Assembly: GCA_030141605.1 (NCBI GenBank)
Contig: JAQGDQ010002154.1
Coordinates: 1-12,618 of the forward strand
DNA from: Tubiluchus corallicola
Lineage: Eukaryota; Animalia; Priapulida
Reading direction: 5' to 3'
Length of the DNA: 12,618 bases
Shown: positions 1 to 10,800 of the stretch, piece after piece
Numbering within the stretch: position 1 is the first letter of the stretch
Layout: every line of letters starts with the position of its first letter
Program-made: the position numbers and the translations under genes
Notes under the pieces: model-generated
Told to the model about the DNA's origin: nothing
The model's database searches: none
The model's input: the letters and a program-made list of their open reading frames with translations, nothing else

Positions 1-509
1 TCTATTGTAATGTTTTCTGAGGTTTAAAAAATAATTACAATGCACTTGTAGGCCTACACATTTTTTCAAACATTTAAGAATACTTTAGAGTGAATATTTT
101 ACCTAATTTATTGTAATGTTCTCTGAGGTTTAGAACATAATTACAATGTACATGTAGCCCTACACATTTTTCAAACATTAACGAATACTTTAGAGTAAAT
201 ATGTTACCTAATCTATTGTAATGTTCTCTGAGGTTTAGAAAATAATTACAATGATGTACTTGTAGGCCTACACATTTTTTCAAACATTAACGAATACTTT
301 AGAGTAAATATGTTATCTAATCTATTGTAATGTTCTCTGAGGTTTAGAACATAATTACAATGTACATGTAGGCCTACACATTTTTCAAACATTAACGAAT
401 ACTTTAGAGTGAATATTTTACCTAATCTATTGTAATGTTCTCTGAGGTTTAGAACATAATTACCATGTACTTGTAGGCCTACACATTTTTTCAAACATTA
501 ACGAATACT
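1..509. repeat. Intronic tandem repeat, ~105-109 bp unit, ~4.8 copies visible, truncated by the window start
   Basis: Unit starting tctattgtaatgttctctgaggtttaga recurs at 1, 107, 212, 321 and 426. Confidence 0.95.
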
Positions 510-569
510 GTGTCTTGGGCAGTGAATTTGTGACTTTATACAGATAATAACGATTATGCGTTTACACAG

Positions 570-708
570 GTCTATCCACATTCGTACAATCTTAGCTTGA
601 CTGAAACTGAAAGAAAGATCCAGTCTTTAGAAAACTTAAAACATTTAACAGTTAGAAAAGATATTTACGGCAGAACCGCGTTACAACTACACAGAGGAAA
701 TCCTGCAG
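570..708 (+). CDS. Exon a: VYPHSYNLSLTETERKIQSLENLKHLTVRKDIYGRTALQLHRGNPA
   Basis: Acceptor tttacacag, donor G|gtaagt; 139 nt, ends phase 1; overlaps ORF 597-863. Confidence 0.85.
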
Positions 709-3700
709 GTAAGTTGAGTGATTCACACACTCTAAGGTATTTCTTACTTTTGTCAGAAAGAAATAAATGGTGTCATCTATGCAGATTATGCAAAAAGTCA
801 CTGAAAAAAAATTTGGCTTTTCTAAAGCATAACTGTCATTTTTTGGATATTCTAGGCGTTTAAAAATGATTCTGATCACACTGTTCTTACACTACACAGT
901 TATAATACAGTTATAATGGTTATACAGTTATAATACCAACAATATTTGCAGCAGACTAATTTTATTGCATAGTTGTTTCAAATAATTCTACCTTAACAAC
1001 AAAAATGTGAATCAACACTGATACTTTCATTTCTTAAACATTGGTTAAATTTTGGTTAGAGAAACGCGTACAGAATTTGTTGCTCTGGTAGCCAGTCACT
1101 TCTTAAACATCAATTCTTATAGAGCTTTTGGTAAAGCTTTTAGCTAGATAGAAAACCACTATTTGTGTAACGAGGACAGTACTTGACAGAATAACATGCC
1201 CCACAACATAGATTGAAGTGGATCTTTAGGGTCTTGGGGTTTCTTATATGGGCTTAGTCAAGACCTAAAACTTACTGGAGGTATTTTTTGCTAAAATGAC
1301 TTGTTTGCTTTATCAAAGTTACTATTGTCAACGATCTTATACCTTGTGTCACCCTTAAATATAAATGTTATCTATTCATAATGATTTGTTACGGGGTGTG
1401 AACGTAAGAACATTAGCTTCATAATCTCATTTTAACTAGCAATAAATTTTGGAACTTGCAAATATGATATTGCCAAACATAAAGGGGAGCGATCTTAAGA
1501 GGTAACTTTGTCAGAATATGTGTCACCACAATGATGACTGGTGATAGAGCCACATCCAAAAAAGTCACTGAAAAAGTCACAATTTTGGCTAGGAAAAAAG
1601 TCACATCAAAAATGGTACAATCAATTTTGGCTCGGGTTAGGGTTGGACTTTTCTTTTTTCCTGTGTCTTCTTTCCTGTAACTTTATTTAAGTGACTTTTA
1701 TACTAGTGTTTTTTTACCTGCGACTTTTTTTACCATGATTTGCTCTAATATAGGTAGGTCGTAGAGATGTGTCAGCTTAGATCGCACTTTCAGTAGATAG
1801 AGCTCACGTTTCTGAACCACTTCCCTTTTTTCACTTCCTGTGTTGACATGCAAGCTTTCACGTGCTTGTTATATTGAAAAATGCTAACGAGCTTCAGCAA
1901 GTAAGAAAGTCCGTTCCTGGAGGAGACAGAGAAGAAAAGTAAATGCTAAAGAACTCATGGTGTAACATGAGTTCCTGTATTTCATGATGTGGAAGTTGGA
2001 ATTGTACACTGTAGTTAGGTGCTGCCATCTATGTGCTAATCTTGTTACATTCTACCAGCTGACTTACCTTCAGTATAATTGTATCGTCCAGTGACATACA
2101 CACTGGTCCTCTCCCTATCTATAATTAATGGTTGTTGTGAAGCCTGTGCAACTCTGCATAGGTCAAGTTTATTGTACATTGTAGTTAGGTGCTGCCATCT
2201 ATGTGCTAATCTTGTTACATTCTGCCAGCTGACTTACCTTCAGTATAATTGTATGGTCCAGTGACTACATACACACTGGTCCTCTCTCTATCTAAAATTA
2301 ATGGTTGTTGTGAAGCCTGTGCAACTATGCATAGGTCAAGTTTATTGTACATTGTAGTTAGATGCTGCCATCTATGTGTTAATCTTGTTACATTCTACCA
2401 GCTGACTTACCTTCAGTATAATTGTATGGTTCAGTGACTACACACACTGGTCCTCTCCCTATCTAAAATTAATGGTTGTTTTATGCAACTCTGCATAGGT
2501 CAAGTTCTGTACCAGTATACTGGCTGTGAAACAGGTTTTACTGACTGTTTTTTGCTTTCTAGTTTTTGCTCAATGTTCAGTGCAGCAGTTTTGCTACTCG
2601 TGTTTTCTGTAGTTTAATAAACACTTTTCTGTTGTGTGCAGTGCAAATATTTATTATAGATTTTTGGTTCCTATTCATACTTCTCTGTGCCTAAACTCAA
2701 TCACAACAAAGAGACTAAACAACAACTTCAAAAATGATCTCCTGCATGGAACGTTAACTATTTGAACTATATAATATCCAACAGACGTTTTTAAAGCATG
2801 ATTACACAAAGAAGTCATAGTTATTATTAATAAAAAGAGACTTATGAATAACTTGCCTCTTTCTGGCGAATTTCGAACGCAAGCATAAAGATCGCGATAT
2901 TTCACGTATTTGGTGCGAGTGAGCGAGAATGACGTACGCAGTACGGAAATGGTCATTGGTTACTGATGTTTGTTTGACCTCGTGACTGTACTCGTGACGT
3001 CATTCGTCTCGCTCAACGAAAAATGGGTGTTCCGCAAATTTGATACCGCCTAACAATGAAGAGTTAAAAAAATCAAAACAAACAAACTTTACAGTAAGTT
3101 TGTAATAAATTAGATTGAGTATTCGCAAAGATTTTTAGTAGTAAAAGCTTACTATATATTATGGTGCGGGCTTAGTTTGACTTTAACTTTATTACAGAAA
3201 TAACACAAATAATCATTGCTGCCACAGCCACGTTAAACACAGACCTACGACAAATCAACTTTACCGATGAGGATTACGAAAGGAAGGCTTTTGTTGTAAT
3301 GGCACAGGTAAAAGTTTAAAAATTTACATTGGAAACTTTCGATAAAATCGTGTGTCGATTGATTCTTAAGTCTGATAATCAATTTTCACTCCAATTCCAA
3401 AATGTCAGAATTTTCATTATTCGGGCATCGACCTTTGTTAGTCGAAAACTAATAAATATATCTTTTCGCTGTTATTAAACCTTTATAATACTTTGCTTTT
3501 AAAACAATGATTAATCATTATTCGAAACAAATAAAAACATCTTACTTTTAATGTTGTATATAAGAAGCTGCATTTGGTCAGGTGTAACAGCGTTGCATTT
3601 CTGCCACCAACGGTGCTTGCAAGAGTTACTTAACCCTTTCATACCCATTGTATCCCGTGGCATACGAGAATATTTTCTGCCTTTAAAATTAATAAAATTT

Positions 3701-4816
3701 TAAAACTGACAGTTGTTTGATCTGTTAATAGTTATTTTGATTTAAGCCAACAACAATAGACTAAAATGGTGATAAAATGGCAAACTAGAAAATCTACATA
3801 GGCATAAAAAACTGTGCAAGGTACAGTACTTTAGAGACGACTTTGTACAGATCAGCTTAGCACACATACTAAATGTCTTAAATACTTTAAAAAATTATCA
3901 GCAGTTGCAAAATGAAGCACATTTTATGCTTCCATTGAATCCCAATGAATCCCGTGGGATACAGGCTATATTTAGCACAAGGGCACAGGTAGAAAAAATA
4001 ATTATTATGTGCAAATCAGGATGGACATACTGAACAAAAGTATCAAGCCAAAAAAAATTTTCTTATTAGAAAAATAATTTGGGACTGAAAGGGTTAAAAG
4101 CAGATGATACTTAACAAAAGTCTAAAATCTTAAATAAGAAAGCCATTTGTGGTTCAGAACATATATCAGTGTAAACCTAGTCAAAAGAAATGATTTTATT
4201 AGCACTCTGCCTACGGTTAGATTCGGACTATGTTTTCTCTAGCAGAGATAATAGTGCTATAAATGCTTTTGCAAATCTTATCTCTGATGAATTCTTATCA
4301 TCTTTTGCTCGTGTATAATCAGTCTGTTGGTGATGAAATTGTACAACTCACGTCATGTTCTCAACATGCTGTTTTGTTTTTATTTATGATTATGTGAAAT
4401 AGCATTAGAATCGGCAATTATGTTTATTACAATTGCTTTCGTCGTCTTTTATTGTATGTAATGCGTGTAGATTTTGTTACTGTGTTTTAAAATATATTCG
4501 TTATCTGTTGTTATGTATGTAAGTTGTGATGGATTCTAATCTGTAACTATGTCTATTATATATGGTCGTTGTCGTTCATTGTGTCTCATGCATTAGATTC
4601 TAAATAATATATATATATAATACTTTGTAAATGCTTTTAGAAAATTTTATATATATATATATACATATAAAATTTCTAAAAGCATTTACAAAGTATTAAA
4701 CATATTCATATATGAATATGTTTAATACTTTGTAAATGCTTTTAGAAATTTTAAACATATCCCTACAAATAGAGGGAATGTATTTTGTACATAGTTTTTA
4801 CAAATAAAGAATTATG

Positions 4817-4875
<59 letters not shown>

Positions 4876-7800
4876 CAGTGTAGCTATAAAAATCATAATA
4901 ATCAATACATCACTTCAGGTGAGAAATGCTCTAATACAGGAAATACTCGTTCTCCCAGTACCCAACATCAACTCAGTCAGACTTGTATCATCAATGTTGA
5001 GTCAAGCAACGGATGCAGTTAATGAAGTTTCTCTAAAAACAATGGTAGGCCTGCGTACGTTGAACCTTTGAAAAAATCTCCCATCAACAGAAATAACACA
5101 GTACTTTCTACACTGTTGTTTGCTGTTTCTGATTTTTAATTTTTTGCTGGAACAGTTTTTATATTTGTTTTATATAATATTTATATATTTTGAATGAGGT
5201 GATTCACTCAATAGCAGACCTGCTATTCAATAATTATTGCATGTTAGAATAAAGTTATTGATATTAATCTTGCAGCTTTAGTAAACGGTTTAATCAATTA
5301 TGTTTATTTTTAGCAACATCTTGAAACGACGAATTATTGTAAATAGTAATGTCTCGTAACAAATTATAGGAAGCGGTGGTGAACACGATTAAGAAATTGG
5401 GAACGGTTATGAAAACTCGTGGAGAAAAGGAATATGACATCACGCATCTAGAAGTTTCTTCCCGGTAAATCCTATTTGGTGATCACGCTTTCTCAGTGTG
5501 ACGACATAAACCTTTTGGCCACCTGGAGTTTGAAAGTTGAAATAAATAAGCTGAAATAAACATTATCCAAACTTGCACAACAATCTTTAAATTAGTACAG
5601 AAGTTGTAAAAATGTGTATAGTAGACAACATTATGTAGGTTAACTTAAATTCATCAGCTGTGTTTCCGTTCAACAAGTTAAAGGAAGACAGGGTGATTTT
5701 TCATATACTACCCCATTTTCAGGTCCAATAAAAAGTATAAATTTTAACACAATCAATATTGCAAAAGCGTTTCTGATAATTATATAATAGATTATAAACT
5801 TAATTAACTGTCGTGGAGATCGCTGGTGTCTATTAGAATTACATGGAATATTGTAGAATGTTCTGTTGGAATGATCATCTTATCATGTAGAATGTTCTGG
5901 AACAAAACTTCTGGAAGTTTCTCGTGCACGCTATATAAGGTGAAGCAACCCGTTGAGACACACAGATTCACACAGACGTCACTTACACATTCTCTTCTAT
6001 ACTTACATTTTCAGATACACTTAAACGTTTTCCAGATTTTCACGTTTACTGTAAACATTTCGCGTTCCTTGATACTTTTGTGTTGTAGAATTCTCGCTTA
6101 ATAAACTAGTTTAATTTGACGACGTGTTTTCTGGTTTTCTCTACGAGCCTTCCGAGAGAAACAAAACGCAAAATTACCTTAATTAAGATTTTTTATTCTT
6201 CATGAACCAGAGTTTAGATGAAAAAAATTGCTCTTTCTTAGCTTGTTGGTGCAATGCATTTCAAGGGCTCTTAACAGAACAAAAGAGGTTTATAGTGACC
6301 TGCAAGGAAACAAAGCAGATCAAGAAAAAGTTTTCCAGGTAAAATATTGTTGTTTTATTCAAAGTCGATAATTGTATTTCTCCCCATTAGCTCAAACTGT
6401 ATGCATCAAAATTATTCTGTCATGTAATTTGCACATGTATATGCTGCATAAGAATCTCTTTTGTAATTTCTGGATAATATTGCATTTATATTTATATTTA
6501 CTTCAGTGAAAATGTCTGTATTTTTATTATAACTGTTAGATGCAGAGTGGAAATAAATAAACTTATTGTTGTCATCATTATCATCATTGTCATCACCAGA
6601 TCATTATCTTCATTTCACTATCATGATCATCATCACGGTCATAATTATGGTCATCCTCATCGCTGGCCTGGTGGTGATTGTCATCATTATCATCGTTGTC
6701 ATCATCGGATCATTATCTTCATTTCACCATCATCATCATCACGGTCATAATTATGATTGTCCTCATTGCTGGCCTGGGGGTCATTGTCATCATTATCATC
6801 ATTGTCATCATCAGATCATTATCTTCATTTCACCATCTTCATCATCGTCATCATCATCACTGTTAGATGCAGAGTGGAAATATTTAAACTGAAATAAATA
6901 AACTTATTAGCCATTGCTGATGTCACTGCTATGTTGCTATTTGTTGTTATCATTTTTGCTGATGCAGCCTGTCTCCGTTTTCCTGTTTCTATTAAAATGC
7001 ATTGTCCTTGCTCTATAGCTCTTGCTAGTAGATCACATCTAAATGAGCAAATATTCTGATATGTTTCTTAAATTTTATCAATGGTATTTTTATTACAGGC
7101 ACTTAAAAACATTTATTGTAATACAAGAACACAACTTTATTAAAATTTTCACATTAAAAAGTTAAAATCATGCCAAACGTTTTGACAGGCTGTTGCTGTC
7201 ATCATCAGTGGCAAATTTACAAACATATAACCAGTTTATATAGGCAGAGGCTAATTTTTAACTATAAACAGTACTGTAATGTTTCAATGCAAATTTGTTC
7301 AAACGAAACATTGGTTTATCCAACCTTGCAGGCGAGAAACATCTCAGTGAAATCAGTCAAGCTCCTTGATGATGTAGCAGAAGCTCTCAGCTTCCATAAA
7401 GTCGTAGCAGAAGAAGTAACTACTTTCTCAACGAATGTCGTGACACTTTCTGTAAAGCGAGAAAAGATTTCTGAATTAGGAGGTATTCATAAAATATTTT
7501 ACTGGTTGAGTTGTCTGTAATGCCCCAGATGAACATTACTTTTATGTTTTATTAGCAAACACGGATGCTGAGGTTGCACAAGAGAAGCGAATTAAGGTTA
7601 AAGTACAGAAGCTGGTGTAATGAAAAGGATTACTTGGTTACCATGGCTACGGCTTGCGTAGCTAGGCCAAATTTAAGTGCATTCCACAGACTTATATGAG
7701 ACTCTATCAAAGAAAAGATGTAAATTAACAGTTAAAATGTAAAAATAAAAATAGTACGCCCTAAAATGTATATAACGACGTTTATTAATTCATTTAAACA

Positions 7801-10800
7801 TTTATTAATCATTTAAATGTCTCGCATTAACTGAACATTTTGCAAAAATAGTGCAGACAATGTTAAAATATAGGTAGACGGTACGACTTCAGATGGTACA
7901 GTTTTGACGTTTTACAGAAGACTAGAAGTAACAACTGAACAAAAGTGATGAAATTAATAATAATAATAATAATGATAATAATATTTATTTAAAGTCGGCT
8001 TTTGGCTGAACAATTAACATTAGCTCACAGAGCTATTATCACCGACTGTAAATAACAACCTACAACTACATAACAGAGACTATTACTACCCCACTTTTAC
8101 CATAAATACCACGTGTCAGGCAGCACAACAGCAGGTACCATTTTTAAAGTCTTTGGTATGACCCGGCCGCTGGTTCGAACTCACGACCTCCCAGACGGAA
8201 AGCAAACGCATTACCACTAGACTAAACCGTCTGGTCATCAAATTACATGTGACCTCAAATTCATTGATGAAACAGAGTAAACATCAATTACTCATCATCA
8301 ATCATCAATTAGCGTCATAAAGAATTGTCTCTGCGTTTATCATAATTACTGTCAGCATAGCTGGACCAAATTCTGCAAACATGTTTTACCGCCTCCCCAA
8401 ATCATTGCTCCCAATTTTGGATAAACGGTCCAATTTTGCTATAGCTTAAAAGTTCCTCTTTGAACTGGTATTGAAATACATTACGTAGCGCTATTGTTTC
8501 TTTTTCCTTGTACTGCTAATGGCTGAAAAGGACACTGTAATTTGTAACGGCCAGTTTGGCTATTTTCATGCCGTTTCTATTTCTTGTGGTCTTACTTTTT
8601 TTTAGATTCACGAATAGAAATGAATGGCATAGGATATTTCAAAATGCCTCCTGCAACAGCCTTTAGAAATGAACGTGATTCTCTGGGTGTCGAGGTAAAA
8701 TCAAATATTTGATTCATATGGTTTTTAACTGGTGCTAGAAAAAACATTGTGCAAAACTAGCAACAATTATGTTTAAGTAAAGGTTCGCATGTTATCATTG
8801 TGGCTTTTTATTGTATCACTGAGGGTCAGTTTACGTGAGATTTACACAGGAGAATTTAGAAGGTGGTTATAGAATTATCACAAAATATAGAATTATAGTA
8901 AAATAACCAATAAATTTTCACTTTGGTGACTAATTTTGGTAAATTTAGTAGTCCCTGATAAAAGTGCAGTTGATTTCTATTTTCTGTTTGGTTTCTAATT
9001 TATAGTAACCAGAATTACTTTTCAGTTGTATTATTTGAAAGATAATCCATTCTTATGGAGTGATTTTGCTGACATTGATACTTCTGTAGCCAGCATAGCT
9101 GTTACTGAGCAGAAAGCATCAAGTGCTACACTAGCAGAACCACTGGAGTATGTTTTTGAAAATAAAGGTATCAACACTTAACATTTTGTAATTCGTTGTA
9201 GCCTTAAGCTTGAAACGGCACGAAAATACGATTCGAATGAGGAATCAATATATTGTGTTCATTTACCCATAACAAATTTGATAAAAAATTCGAATATTAC
9301 TGATGTTATGTTTGCTTGTTTATTCGTTTAGCTATTAAGACTAAAAAAGTTGACACATTCGTTCTTCGAAGCACTGCTCGTTTGACTAGCAAAGAAATCA
9401 CTGCACACAGCTTCTCTGTTGATGCACATTCAAATGTGCACTTGGCATTTGAGAATTTACCAACTGCTCTCCAGCTAAAGGTGACTATTACTCATTTTCA
9501 ACATTTTTCATTCAGTTACCTCTTTTGATTTGGAAAAAACAGGGAATTGTAGAAAATGAAGACTTGAGACTTATGTCAAATAAATAACAAAAGTTCAATA
9601 AATATACAACGGAAATAATATAACTACGTGTCATCTCATCTGTTACTATCTAACTACTAACATTTTCTTAACACCATTGTGTCGTACTTGTAAAATGCTG
9701 TGGTACAGTAAGCCTCATTTAACGACACTAATGTGTTCCAACAAAATGCGACATTAAGCGAAACGTTGCTAAACGGGGAGACATTAAACGAGGAGTTACT
9801 GTATATTAAGTCAATTTTATCTCATTCAAAACCGCAATATCTCAAACAACAGTCAAAAAACTTAAAGACATTGCTTTGTTCTTGTCGAACAAAATCAGAC
9901 TTACGACAGTTAAATTATTTTGTTTGTAAACTGGCTATGCCATTTTCGTATGAACCAAAACGAATCACAGTGACAAACACCACCCTTTATTACAGATATG
10001 AATGTCAAATCAGCGATTTAAATGTCAAAAATGAGAAAGTGTCTGCCTTAATCAGTTGTTACATAAATCAACACGATTGGCACTCAGTAAGTTCAGCCCT
10101 CCACTAAGGCCTGCTTACTAAACTGCATAGACGCTTAGGTATAAGACGTCATCTTATTTATGATGTACAGCCCTGCTTTTTGCAAATTTTCTGCAGCACT
10201 CCATAAAATTAATTGCTTGAAATTCTTAGCAAATTTCCTGGAAGAATCAGACAAAAAGATTTCTTTCAATTTTGGGCAATGTTCGATTTAGTGGGACATT
10301 TTGTGTGACATCCTAATACAGCAGTGCACAGAAATTGCAAAGTGCAGGCTGTACGTCATAAATTACGTGACGTCAGAGCAATATTTGGTGATTCAATAAC
10401 CCAAGCCGCTATGTAGTATAGAAAACAATTATACTCGCCAAGCATTGAAGGCAGTTTAAACTCGACCGACTAACTCATTCCATTTATGGTTGTAGTTGTA
10501 ATTGTCTCTTAAGAACCTTTAAGATCCTGTATGCTGTTGCACACACATGTAACTTGAGTATGTTCCACTGATTTAAACTAAAATAATGCTATAAATTATA
10601 TATTGCAAAGAAACCTAATCCATACACTCATTATTTGCAGGTTGTTTTCAGACGGGGGAAAAGACCTGATGTCGAAGATTTTAGTCGAAAGCTAAAAGTG
10701 CACCAGATTCCAATTTTACCTGAAAATTTCAAGTCTGATAATTACTATAGTTATCGTAACAGCACCTTAAGTATCCGCAACAACCAAGACATAGCTGTGA

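Noticed and set aside
74-494. Minus-strand ORFs of 69 and 82 aa
   Set aside because: Translations of the 105-bp tandem repeat; indels between units break frame.
1-509. CRISPR-like array (also considered for 2001-2506)
   Set aside because: Units repeat along their whole length with no unique spacers, and the context is eukaryotic introns.
896-936. Short acagttataat repeats
   Set aside because: Local slippage duplication with no further structure.
1951-1974. Perfect 9-bp hairpin gaactcatg-gtgtaa-catgagttc
   Set aside because: Too short to distinguish from chance; no CTRR end that would suggest a Helitron terminus.
2079-2437. Two similar Cys-containing + strand ORFs
   Set aside because: Products of the 171-bp repeat with non-ATG starts; not needed for the gene's phase continuity.
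2675-2956. 93-aa minus-strand ORF
   Set aside because: No recognisable motif; lies in a probable intronic repeat.
4814-4918. Poly-Ile signal peptide or TM in ORF 4814-5071
   Set aside because: Translation of the intronic (AAT)n microsatellite; the real exon starts at 4919.
6547-6892. His-rich and hydrophobic ORFs in three frames
   Set aside because: Artefact of CAT-rich low complexity; no convincing splice sites.
7556-7596. Possible alternative exon (phase 1 to 0, ANTDAEVAQEKRIK), mutually exclusive with exon g
   Set aside because: Weak donor (gttaaa) and no similarity to exon g; only RNA-seq could rescue it.
8160-8236. tRNA gene on the minus strand
   Set aside because: Has A and B boxes, but acceptor and anticodon stems do not pair and it continues into a SINE body.
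9733-10107. 124-aa + strand ORF
   Set aside because: Starts inside a MITE at a non-ATG codon, has no motif, and exons i and j join in frame without it.
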